NCBI GenBank assembly: GCA_937991435.1
Contig: CALKPY010000002.1
Location: forward strand, 9,840-73,839
DNA from: an uncultured Acidimicrobiales bacterium
Lineage (GTDB): Bacteria; Actinomycetota; Acidimicrobiia; Acidimicrobiales; UBA10347
Direction: 5' to 3'
Length of the DNA: 64,000 nt
The translations under genes and the position numbers were made by a program. Positions 27,237 through 35,875 of this stretch are shown here, one piece after another. Every line of letters starts with the position of its first letter. The stretch's first letter is position 1. Below the pieces are notes generated by a model. It was not told the origin of the DNA and searched no databases. It worked only from the letters and a program-made list of their open reading frames with translations.

Positions 27237-29773
27237 CAGCTTGTTCCTTCACTATCTCGTGCGTCGTTATCTCGTGCGTCGTTTTGTACGCGTTGTGGCT
27301 TGTCGTGTACGACCGTGGGCTGGTCAACCGCGGTTTGGTCGGTCAGGCGGACATCGGTTCGTGTCTGGTTCGAGAAGCCAAGCAAGTGCGTCTCGCGACG
27401 AAGGGTTACTCCGTATTTGTCGGCCACCCGTTTTGAAACAGCAGCCATCAGTGCGAGTACGTCATCAGCGAACCCACCCGCGTCGACTTGAATAAAATTG
27501 GCATGCTTAGAGCTCACGACCGCAGTTCCGATTCGCAGCCCCTTGCATCCCGCAGCGTCGATCAATCGCCCTGCGGAGTCATCTGGCGGATTCGCAAAAA
27601 CCGATCCGGCGTTCTGTCCGCCTGGCTGATGCGTGCGTCGCCAGCGCACGATCTCCGATATGCGATCACGGCATTGTTGTTCGGGCGCACTGTGCAGTTG
27701 CAGCGACACTCGAAGCACAACGTCGCCGTCGGCGAGATTCGACGTCCGGTATCCGAGGTCGAGGTCGGCCGCTGGTTCGGTGCCGATGCCTCGCCCAGAG
27801 CGAAGAACCATGGCCGAGACAAGAGATGCCGCGAGATCGGACCCGTGTCCGCCAGCGTTCATTCGGACCGCTCCCCCAATGCTTCCGGGTACGCCGACGG
27901 CCCATTCGAAGCCCGTCATACCCGCTTGCGCCGTTCGGCGAGCAAGCAGCGGAAGCGCCACCGCTGAGCCAGCGGTTACCGCCATCGACTCAGTGTCGAA
28001 ATCCAGGTCGTGAAACTCGCCATCAAGAACGAGTGCGACGCCATCGAAACCGCTATCGGAAACCAATAGGTTCGAGCCACGCCCAACCGTTGCAACCTCG
28101 AGCCCCATTGCCTGGGCCGAGTCGAGAACGAGCTCAACGTCGCGACTCGTCGTCGCCGTGGCGACAAGGGCGGCGCTGCCTCCACACCGATAGGTCGTGC
28201 GTGCTCCGAGTTCGCCATCACGTGCCAACTCGCCTGCGAAGCCGTCGGAGTGCAGGTCTGCTACGAGAGCATCGAACAGGCTTCGGCGATCGCCGTTTTC
28301 ACCGCGACGGACAGCCGCAGGAGATTGTGGAACCTTCGTCGTGGTTGTCCGTGTAATCAGTTCCTGCACGACTGGCGGCACCGTTGTCAGGTCTCCCGCT
28401 CCGAGGGTCAGGCAGAGGTCGCCGGGCTGGAGAATCTCCGCGAGCGTGGTAGCCACATCGTCGAGCGTTGGGGTGTAACGCACATCATCGTTGGGGCGCT
28501 CCGAACGAACTGCGTCGAAGACAATACGACCGTCTACGCCATCGACCGGATGCTCGCCTGCCGGATAAATGTCGGTTAGCAACGTGATATCAGCGTCGGC
28601 AAACGAGCGAGCAAACGAGGCACCGATCTTGGCCGTACGACTAAAGCGGTGGGGCTGATAGGCGCACACGATGCGCTGCCAACTCCCCGACCGCGCCGCG
28701 CTCAGCGCGGCCTCGACCTCGGCCGGGAGATGGGCGTAGTCATCGACAAAATCGACTCCGTTGAGCGAGCCCCTGGGTTCGAAGCGGCGGCTCACGCCTG
28801 AGAACTCCGATACGGCCAGGGCCGCTGAAGCCAGTGGAACGCCAAGCGCCACCGCAATGGCGACAGCGCCTGCAGCGTTGAGGGCATTGTGGGTGCCCGG
28901 TACCGCCAGGTGAACCTGGGCACGGGAGCCTGCATATTCGACGTTGAAACGCTGACCGAGACCGTCGCTTCTCCGACCCGCAATCACAACGTCCGCGTCA
29001 GCTCGCTGACCGTACGTAACAACATTGTTGGCTTCGAGCAGGCATGCGGCATCCGAGTCGTCAACGCACAGAGCCACGGGCCCATCGACACGGTCGACAA
29101 ATACAGCGAACGCGTCTTGCATCGCTTGCACCGATCCGTAAAAGTCGAGATGATCTGGGTCAAGCGAGGTAACGATTGCGGCGACGGCGTCGAGAACCAG
29201 AAATGTGCCGTCACTTTCGTCAGCCTCGATTACTGACCACGGGCCATCGCTCCACCGGGCGCCCGTGCCGAATCGTTCGACGTCCGCGCCAATAATGAAC
29301 GACGGCGCGTGACCGCACGCCTCGAGAAGCACCGCAAGCATTGATGACGTTGTCGTTTTGCCGTGAGTTCCGGCGACAAGGATCGCCGGGCGCACAGAGG
29401 CGATAGCAGCAAGAATCTCCGCTCGATCAAAAACTGTCACCGCCGCGCCGCGTGCCGCGACGACTTCGGGGTTCGTATCTGGAACAGCGGTAGATCGAGC
29501 CACGACGACGTCGCTACCGAACGTGGTTCGTTCGTGGCCGTCTGCGATCGGAATGCCGAGCTGTTGCAGGCGCTCGGTATGAGCCGTCGTTGCCATGTCT
29601 GAGCCCGATACATGGTGACCCATTTCGTGCAGCACACGAGCGATTGCTCGCATTCCTGCGCCACCGACGCCGACCAGATGCACTTCACGCGGGCGCGAAA
29701 GATCAATCGAGCGGACCGCCGGTCGTAGCTGGTCGATCAGTTCTTGGCGTACTTCTTGGCGTTCAGTCGACAC
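27236..29773 (-). CDS. murC: Bifunctional MurC (UDP-MurNAc:L-Ala ligase, about aa 1-473, nt 28355-29773) fused to MurB (UDP-GlcNAc-enolpyruvate reductase, about aa 498-845, nt 27239-28282)
   Basis: One uninterrupted 845-codon ORF. MurC motifs: HLVGVGGAGM, VAGTHGKTTTSSM, DDYAHLPAEV. MurB motifs: TTYRCGGSAALV, GRGSNLLVSDSGFDG, SSKHANFIQ. Confidence 0.9.
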   Translation of the reverse strand: MSTERQEVRQELIDQLRPAVRSIDLSRPREVHLVGVGGAGMRAIARVLHEMGHHVSGSDMATTAHTERLQQLGIPIADGHERTTFGSDVVVARSTAVPDTNPEVVAARGAAVTVFDRAEILAAIASVRPAILVAGTHGKTTTSSMLAVLLEACGHAPSFIIGADVERFGTGARWSDGPWSVIEADESDGTFLVLDAVAAIVTSLDPDHLDFYGSVQAMQDAFAVFVDRVDGPVALCVDDSDAACLLEANNVVTYGQRADADVVIAGRRSDGLGQRFNVEYAGSRAQVHLAVPGTHNALNAAGAVAIAVALGVPLASAALAVSEFSGVSRRFEPRGSLNGVDFVDDYAHLPAEVEAALSAARSGSWQRIVCAYQPHRFSRTAKIGASFARSFADADITLLTDIYPAGEHPVDGVDGRIVFDAVRSERPNDDVRYTPTLDDVATTLAEILQPGDLCLTLGAGDLTTVPPVVQELITRTTTTKVPQSPAAVRRGENGDRRSLFDALVADLHSDGFAGELARDGELGARTTYRCGGSAALVATATTSRDVELVLDSAQAMGLEVATVGRGSNLLVSDSGFDGVALVLDGEFHDLDFDTESMAVTAGSAVALPLLARRTAQAGMTGFEWAVGVPGSIGGAVRMNAGGHGSDLAASLVSAMVLRSGRGIGTEPAADLDLGYRTSNLADGDVVLRVSLQLHSAPEQQCRDRISEIVRWRRTHQPGGQNAGSVFANPPDDSAGRLIDAAGCKGLRIGTAVVSSKHANFIQVDAGGFADDVLALMAAVSKRVADKYGVTLRRETHLLGFSNQTRTDVRLTDQTAVDQPTVVHDKPQRVQNDARDNDARDSEGTS
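27254..27283 (-). repeat. Perfect 15-bp tandem duplication (ATCTCGTGCGTCGTT x2) inside the 3' tail of murC::murB
   Basis: Read directly. In frame; encodes NDARD-NDARD in the non-conserved C-terminal tail. Confidence 0.95.
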
Positions 29774-30899
29774 GAGCGTGTTCCATAACCAGATCGGCGA
29801 TCAACGATGCCGCGTCAGGGCGACCTTGGGTGCGGGCGGCAGTACTTATCGCCTGCAGACGTTCGACGTCACCGGCGAGCTCATCGATCAGTTCGACAAG
29901 CCGTTCAGACGTCATCTCACCGTCGGGAACCAGAACGGCTCCTTCTCGATCGCTCAACGCACGTGCGTTGAGCGTCTGGTGATCGCCTGGCGCGCCAGGT
30001 AGCGGTATCAGCACGGCAGGCGTTCCGGTCAAAGCGATCTCGGCCACCGATGTAGCACCGGCACGACAGACCAAGAGGTCAGCGGCGCCATAGACATGAT
30101 GCATTGCCTGCTCATACTCAATACTCACGTATTCAAGGGAGCCCAGACGTTCGTTGTTGCCGTAGTCATCCCAGTCTCGGGATCCAACGATGTGCCGAAT
30201 CGAAAGGTCTGGGCGATCTGCGATGGCCGGCAGCGCACCGACTACGGCTTTGTTGATGGATCGTGCACCCAACGACCCACCGAAGACCACGACCAGGCGG
30301 CGGTTGCCCGACACGCCTAGCGCGGCTCGTGATGCGCTTCGATCGCGGGCTCTGTTCACGGTGGCGACGTCAGATCGAGCCGGGTTGCCCGTGTGGACAG
30401 CGTTGGGTAGGTCGGTGCCATCGAACGACACGGCGCATGCCTTGGCCCACTTCGACGCCAGCCGATTCGCAGCGCCTGGCACTGCGTTCTGCTCCATAAC
30501 GACCACCGGCACGCCGACAAGACGAGCAGCGACCGCAGCGGGGGCGCTCGCGTAGCCACCAACCGAGATCAGCACGTTCGGACGCATGCGGCGCAACGCT
30601 CGAACGGCCATGACGAGGGCCTTGCCGAGCGCGAGACCGGAACGCAGGTTCTCGACGCTGAGTCGGCGAACGATGCCCCGCCCCGGAAGCAAGGTCAGCG
30701 GGTAGCCGTGTTCTGGCACGACAGTCTTTTCAAGACCACGTTCGCTTCCGATGAAATGGACCGATTGAGCTTCGTAGCCACGGCGCACGAGTTCATCGGC
30801 AATTGCTAGGGCGGGGTGCACGTGTCCTGCGGTGCCGCCACCCGCGATCACTGCCCAAACGTCGGTTGTCTTGCGCCGGGTTGACATACGAGTGGCCAT
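29763..30899 (-). CDS. murG: UDP-GlcNAc:lipid I GlcNAc transferase MurG
   Basis: AGGGTAGHVHPALAIADEL N-terminal G-loop and GAGTSVAEI-like ATSVAEIALTGTPAVLIP. Start trimmed to ATG 30899, which forms TAATG with the ftsW stop; the longest ORF (to 31238) overlaps ftsW. Confidence 0.92.
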   Translation of the reverse strand: MATRMSTRRKTTDVWAVIAGGGTAGHVHPALAIADELVRRGYEAQSVHFIGSERGLEKTVVPEHGYPLTLLPGRGIVRRLSVENLRSGLALGKALVMAVRALRRMRPNVLISVGGYASAPAAVAARLVGVPVVVMEQNAVPGAANRLASKWAKACAVSFDGTDLPNAVHTGNPARSDVATVNRARDRSASRAALGVSGNRRLVVVFGGSLGARSINKAVVGALPAIADRPDLSIRHIVGSRDWDDYGNNERLGSLEYVSIEYEQAMHHVYGAADLLVCRAGATSVAEIALTGTPAVLIPLPGAPGDHQTLNARALSDREGAVLVPDGEMTSERLVELIDELAGDVERLQAISTAARTQGRPDAASLIADLVMEHARVD

Positions 30900-32101
30900 T
30901 ACCGAATCTGGCGAGACACGTTGAGTACCACGCCCATGGCCGCCAGGTTCACCATGAGTGAAGAACCACCCATCGACACGAACGGAAGCGTGACCCCTGA
31001 GATCGGTAACACGTTGATGGCTGCGCCAATATTGATAAAGGCCTGCATAGCAATGACTGTCGAGATACCGCCGGCGAGCAACATGCCGAGCCGGTCTGGT
31101 GCTCGCAGAGCCACCCGCACGCCGAACGCTACGAGCGCGACATAAAAGAGGATCAAGATCAACCCGCCAATGAACCCGAGTTCTTCGGCGATCACGCTGA
31201 AAATGAAGTCGGTATGGGCAAAGGGCAGAAAGCCCCATTTGGCGCGTCCGCCTCCGAGACCGACACCATCAATGCCACCGCTTGCGATTCCTACGAGTGA
31301 CTGAACTGTCTGGTAGCCCGCACCATCAGGGTCGACAAAGGGGTCGCCCCAGACATCGAGGCGTCGTCGGCGGTAAGGCGAAAAGTAGGCCAATCCGGCA
31401 AACGCCACGAGCAGACCGAGGGTGCATGAACCGAGTGACCAGATCGAAACGCCGCCGAGAAAAAGTAGAACCATCGCAGTGGCGACAAGAATCGTCGCGG
31501 TGCCTTGGCTTGGTTGCAACAGCACCAGAGCTGCGACCGAGAGCGACACGAACATCACCGGAGCAAAAACGGCTCGGGTTTCATGGATCAGGTGCGCCCG
31601 TCGAGCGAGCATGTGTGAGACGAAAAGGACCAGCGCCAGCTTCGCCAGCTCACTTGGCTGCACCGTCAACGGGCCAAATGACAACCAGCGACGGCTGCCA
31701 TTAGCGCTCACGCCAATGGTTGGTACCAACACCGCTGCGAGTAGTAACACCGTGACCGCTAACAGCACCGGTGAGAATCGGGCAAGGTCTCGGTAGTCGA
31801 TCCGCATCGCCACACCCATCGCTAGCACGCCCAGAGCAGCCCACATGCCCTGTCGCTGCAGGAAGTACCAAGGTGTCCCAGATTCCTCGAGGCCGGTCAC
31901 TGTCGATGCCGACAGCACCATCACCAGACCTATGAAGGTCAGTGAAAGCGTCAACATGACGAGCGCGCTGAACTCAACGGTGCGTCTTCCTGGCACACGT
32001 TGCGGGCTGAGTAGTGGTCGCCACCAGCCGGCGCGTTGTTCGGCGGCTGGCTGCGGGCGCGCCGAAGCCCTTCGACGGGTTCCGTTGATGGTGGCGGTCA
32101 T
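30899..32101 (-). CDS. ftsW: SEDS-family peptidoglycan polymerase FtsW
   Basis: 10-TM SEDS pattern (PSELAKLALVLF, HTDFIFSVIAEELGFIGG, LPISGVTLPFVSMGGSS). Start at ATG 32101 gives an ATGA overlap with the murD stop. Confidence 0.92.
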   Translation of the reverse strand: MTATINGTRRRASARPQPAAEQRAGWWRPLLSPQRVPGRRTVEFSALVMLTLSLTFIGLVMVLSASTVTGLEESGTPWYFLQRQGMWAALGVLAMGVAMRIDYRDLARFSPVLLAVTVLLLAAVLVPTIGVSANGSRRWLSFGPLTVQPSELAKLALVLFVSHMLARRAHLIHETRAVFAPVMFVSLSVAALVLLQPSQGTATILVATAMVLLFLGGVSIWSLGSCTLGLLVAFAGLAYFSPYRRRRLDVWGDPFVDPDGAGYQTVQSLVGIASGGIDGVGLGGGRAKWGFLPFAHTDFIFSVIAEELGFIGGLILILFYVALVAFGVRVALRAPDRLGMLLAGGISTVIAMQAFINIGAAINVLPISGVTLPFVSMGGSSLMVNLAAMGVVLNVSRQIR

Positions 32102-33426
32102 TGTGTAGTTCCTTGTGGCGTCAGGTTCTTTACGCAGGCGGTGAAGTCGTCGCCCCGTGCTCGATAGTTCAGATACCAGTCGTACGACGCGCATGCTGGC
32201 GAGAGCAGCACGGTGTCGCCGCGTTGAGAGATCGCGTGGGCCGTAGCGACGGCCTCGGCCATTGATCCGGCGGTCGTCGAATCGACGTCGACTCCAAACG
32301 CGTCGATCATCACATCTCCGGCTTCGCCGATAGCGATCAGATGTCGTACCCGCGTCGCGAGCGCCGAAAGCCCAGACAGATCGAGTCCCTTGTTTCGTCC
32401 GCCGGCGATAAGGATCACTGATTCCATAGCACCGAGTGCTGCTTCGGTTGCGTGGGGCGTGGTCGCTTTTGAGTCGTTGATCCAGCGAACTCCGCCGTGA
32501 TCTGCAATCAGTTCGGCTCGATGCGGCAGTCCGGTGAACTCTCGAGCAATGCTGGCTACCGAATCGCGATCAGCGCCGGCAGCCAGCGCACAAGCTGCTG
32601 CAGCCAAGATGTTGGCAATATCGTGCGGCAGGTTTCGCTGTAGCTCCGAACGAGCGACGAGTGCTTCCCCTCCAACAATCAGCGTGTCGCCGACGAGTCC
32701 GTGATCACCGCGTGCATCAGCGCCAAACGTCTGCAACCCCGGTGTATCCGGAGAGGCATGGCGCATCACCGTCGGGTCGTCGCGGTTTGCCACTCGAACC
32801 CCCGGTGACGTTGACCGATGCCATAGAGATGCCTTTGCTGCTTCGTAGTCTTCGAGCGTCGCGTGGGCGTCGAGGTGGTCCGGCCCGAAGTTGATCCAGG
32901 CGGCAACAGCGGGAGCGAATGTCGCACTGTGCCCCAGGCGAAACGACGAGGCCTCGACGACAAAGGTCTCCCACGACGAGTCCTCGATTGCGGAGACGAC
33001 TGGCACATCGGTATTTCCCACGGCCGCTGCTGCGATTCCGGCTCGGTTCAGCATGCGTTCGATCAGCGTGACCACCGTGGTTTTGCCGTCGGTCCCGGTG
33101 ACGGCGATCATCGGCCGGTCGTCCCACATCTGGGCAAGATCCAACTCGCTTCGAGTGGGGGTGCCGACCGCGCGGGCGAGTTCGAATACTTCGTGATGGT
33201 CAGGCAGGCCGGGCGCGGGCAGGAGTGCATCGGCCGCAGCGACGGCGGCCTTAAGCGCTGCTGTCGTAGGAACGGTCACCGTGACACCGCTCGATTGGGA
33301 CCAAGCGATCAATTGCTCAGTCATATTGTCGTCAAACGCGACGACCTCGACGTCTCGGGCGATCAACGCGTCGGCTACGGCTCGCCCGGTAATTCCCATA
33401 CCCATTGTCACAACACGGCGCATCAC
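32098..33426 (-). CDS. murD: UDP-MurNAc-L-Ala:D-Glu ligase
   Basis: 442 aa with Mur-ligase P-loop VTGTDGKTTV, MurD-type N-terminal Rossmann fold GMGITGRAVA, and DSKATTPHA motif. Confidence 0.92.
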   Translation of the reverse strand: MMRRVVTMGMGITGRAVADALIARDVEVVAFDDNMTEQLIAWSQSSGVTVTVPTTAALKAAVAAADALLPAPGLPDHHEVFELARAVGTPTRSELDLAQMWDDRPMIAVTGTDGKTTVVTLIERMLNRAGIAAAAVGNTDVPVVSAIEDSSWETFVVEASSFRLGHSATFAPAVAAWINFGPDHLDAHATLEDYEAAKASLWHRSTSPGVRVANRDDPTVMRHASPDTPGLQTFGADARGDHGLVGDTLIVGGEALVARSELQRNLPHDIANILAAAACALAAGADRDSVASIAREFTGLPHRAELIADHGGVRWINDSKATTPHATEAALGAMESVILIAGGRNKGLDLSGLSALATRVRHLIAIGEAGDVMIDAFGVDVDSTTAGSMAEAVATAHAISQRGDTVLLSPACASYDWYLNYRARGDDFTACVKNLTPQGTTQ

Positions 33427-34460
33427 TCGACCGACCCTGGAATCGACAGAAAGTCGGCATAAAAAAGGCCAAGCGCCATCGCAGATGCGAAGCCGGCCAT
33501 GAGCCAGAACCTGATGATCACGCGGGTCTCAGGCCATCCGAGCAATTCGAAGTGGTGATGAATAGGGGCCATGCGAAATACCCGAGTGCCGCGCAGCCGA
33601 TACACCGCGACCTGAATGATCACCGACACTGTTTCGCTGACGAACAACGCACCGAGAATCGGCAGCAAGAGATGCGTGTTGGTGGCGAGTGCCAATGCTG
33701 CCAAACCTGCGCCGAGAGCGAGACTGCCGGTGTCGCCCATAAAGATCTGTGCCGGAGCTGCGTTCCACCAGAGGAAGCCAGCGCACGCGCCAACACCTGC
33801 GGCGGCGATGACCGCAACATCGAGCGCATGGGGAACGTCGTAGATATCAAGATTGCCAAACATCCAAAAGGCCATAGCTGTGAAACACGAGTACGCAAAC
33901 AGCGAGGCGCCACTGGCAAGCCCGTCGAGGCCATCGGTCAGGTTCACTGCGTTACTCGTGCCGACAATCAACAACACAGCCCAGATACACCACCCGATGG
34001 GTCCGAGATCAAAGCCAATTGAGTCCCACCTTGTAAACGACAACTCGGTGTGTACGTCGGTGGTGGTCACCATCAAAACGGCGAACGCCAACGCGACACC
34101 GATCTGCCCAAGCAATTTGGCGCGAGCCGAAAGGCCGAGGTTGCGAACCTTGCCGATCTTTATCCAGTCATCGAGGAAACCGATCAACGCGGAACCGACG
34201 ATCACCGCGAGCACCAGCAACCCGGTGCGGGTGTAAATGCCGTTGTACAAGTCACTGATCACATAAGCGGCGACGATGCCGACAACGATGGCGATTCCGC
34301 CCATCGTCGGTGTTCCGGCCTTGGTCTCGACATGACTCTGGACTCCGTCGGACTGGATCGGTTGAGCGAACTTGTGTCTACCGAGCCAGCTAATCAGAAA
34401 ACGTGTGGTTACCAACGTGACTGTCAGACTGATAGCGACGGCGAGAAGTAGTCGAATCAT
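33423..34460 (-). CDS. mraY: Phospho-MurNAc-pentapeptide translocase
   Basis: 345 aa, polytopic. Motifs KAGTPTMGG, NAVNLTDGLDGLA and MAPIHHHFEL. Confidence 0.95.
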   Translation of the reverse strand: MIRLLLAVAISLTVTLVTTRFLISWLGRHKFAQPIQSDGVQSHVETKAGTPTMGGIAIVVGIVAAYVISDLYNGIYTRTGLLVLAVIVGSALIGFLDDWIKIGKVRNLGLSARAKLLGQIGVALAFAVLMVTTTDVHTELSFTRWDSIGFDLGPIGWCIWAVLLIVGTSNAVNLTDGLDGLASGASLFAYSCFTAMAFWMFGNLDIYDVPHALDVAVIAAAGVGACAGFLWWNAAPAQIFMGDTGSLALGAGLAALALATNTHLLLPILGALFVSETVSVIIQVAVYRLRGTRVFRMAPIHHHFELLGWPETRVIIRFWLMAGFASAMALGLFYADFLSIPGSVE

Positions 34461-35875
34461 GTCGACCGCTCCGCGAGTAGTTCACTTGCAACGGTGACAT
34501 CATCAAAGTCGAAAACGTCGGTGCCAATCGTCTGGGTTCGTTCATGTCCTTTGCCAGCGATGAGAACCACATCACCGGGGCCTGCTAGCGCCAGACCAGC
34601 AGCGATAGCGGCTTGGCGTTCGGTGATGAGTTCAACGTTGGCGCGTTGTTCTAGACCCGAGGCGGCTTCAGCGATGATCGCGTCTGGGTCTTCGCTTCGT
34701 GGATTGTCCGACGTGATGATCACGATGTCTGCTCCCTCTTCGGCAGCGCGCGCCATCATCGGACGTTTCGAGCGATCCCGGTCACCGCCGCAGCCGAAGA
34801 TAATGATGCGCTTGCCGCCGGGGTTTGTGGCGGCGATCGACGAGAGAGCTCGCTGAATGGCGTCGGGCGTGTGCGAGTAGTCGACGAAGACCGTCGGAGC
34901 ATTTCCGCCAGAACCGGGCACGATCTGCATGCGTCCGGCAACCGGCGCGCTGGCGGTGACGCCATCAGCTGCCTGAGACTCAGTGAGCCCTATAGACAAC
35001 GCTGCTTCGGCGGCCATCACGGCGTTGGCGACGTTCATGCGACCCGGCAGCGGCACCGTCATTTGCTGGCCCCGCCAGGTGACCTCAGTATCGGTCACGG
35101 TCGCGTTCAGCACAGACACTTCAGCAAGAGTCACACGATGTGCGGCTGGTCGTCGATCGGCGAGGCGTTGCCCCCACGGATCGTCGACATTGATCAATTC
35201 GTGCAGCGCTCGCCCATCGAACAGACGCGCTTTGGCCTCGAAATACGCATCGATGTTGCCGTGGTAGTTCAGGTGGTCGGGCGTCAAGTTCGTAAATGCC
35301 GCTACCGAGAACGCAGTCGCGTCGACACGTGCTTGATCGAGCGCATGTGACGAAACCTCAATAGCAACTGTGTCAGCGCCGTCGGCGACCATCGCAGCCA
35401 GCCGGCGTTGCAACTCAGTCGCTTCGGGCGTCGTTCGGGTACCTGACAACGTGCCGATCGTCTCAACACGTCGGCCTGCCGACTTGACGACATCGGCGAA
35501 CAGAGAGGTTGTGGTCGTCTTGCCGTTGGTTCCCGTGATCCCGAAGAGTGTGAGCTTCTTGCTCGGGTGCGAGTGAGCTGCGGCAGAGAACGGCCCGAGC
35601 GCCCGTCGAACGTTGTCGGTCCGAATCTGGGGGACCTCGATTGGCAGCCACCGCTCAACAAGCAGTGCCGTCGCGCCTGCGGCAACAGCCGCTTCGGCAT
35701 AGGCGTGTCCATCGGTGACGGCGCCGCCGAACGCGGCGAATAGGCAACCAGGTGACACCTGGCGAGAGTCATGTTCGACATCACCGACGGGTATTGGGAT
35801 CGCGCCGACCAATCTGGTTTCGAGCGCGAGGTTCTTCCCAACTTCGGCAACCAGCGTCTGGATCGACGGACTCAT
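34457..35875 (-). CDS. murE: UDP-MurNAc-L-Ala-D-Glu:meso-diaminopimelate ligase (MurE, not MurF)
   Basis: GITGTNGKTTTTS P-loop, DYSHTPDAIQRAL, GCGGDRDRSKRPMM and the DAP-specifying DNPR motif (ITSDNPRSEDP). ATGA overlaps with ftsI on one side and mraY on the other. Confidence 0.9.
   Translation of the reverse strand: MSPSIQTLVAEVGKNLALETRLVGAIPIPVGDVEHDSRQVSPGCLFAAFGGAVTDGHAYAEAAVAAGATALLVERWLPIEVPQIRTDNVRRALGPFSAAAHSHPSKKLTLFGITGTNGKTTTTSLFADVVKSAGRRVETIGTLSGTRTTPEATELQRRLAAMVADGADTVAIEVSSHALDQARVDATAFSVAAFTNLTPDHLNYHGNIDAYFEAKARLFDGRALHELINVDDPWGQRLADRRPAAHRVTLAEVSVLNATVTDTEVTWRGQQMTVPLPGRMNVANAVMAAEAALSIGLTESQAADGVTASAPVAGRMQIVPGSGGNAPTVFVDYSHTPDAIQRALSSIAATNPGGKRIIIFGCGGDRDRSKRPMMARAAEEGADIVIITSDNPRSEDPDAIIAEAASGLEQRANVELITERQAAIAAGLALAGPGDVVLIAGKGHERTQTIGTDVFDFDDVTVASELLAERST

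Noticed and set aside
29763-31238. Long N-terminal extensions of several track ORFs (murG to 31238, ftsW to 32194, DksA-like to 18248, lspA to 17424, menA to 8491, SRPBCC to 58328, DUF3040 to 48265, PLP dehydratase from 46640, transglutaminase from 44145)
   Set aside because: Each extension overlaps the well-supported upstream gene and is Arg/Pro/Ser-rich. In each case an internal ATG or GTG abuts or overlaps the upstream gene's stop codon (often as ATGA, GTGA or TAATG) or otherwise removes the conflict, and restores a family-typical N-terminus.
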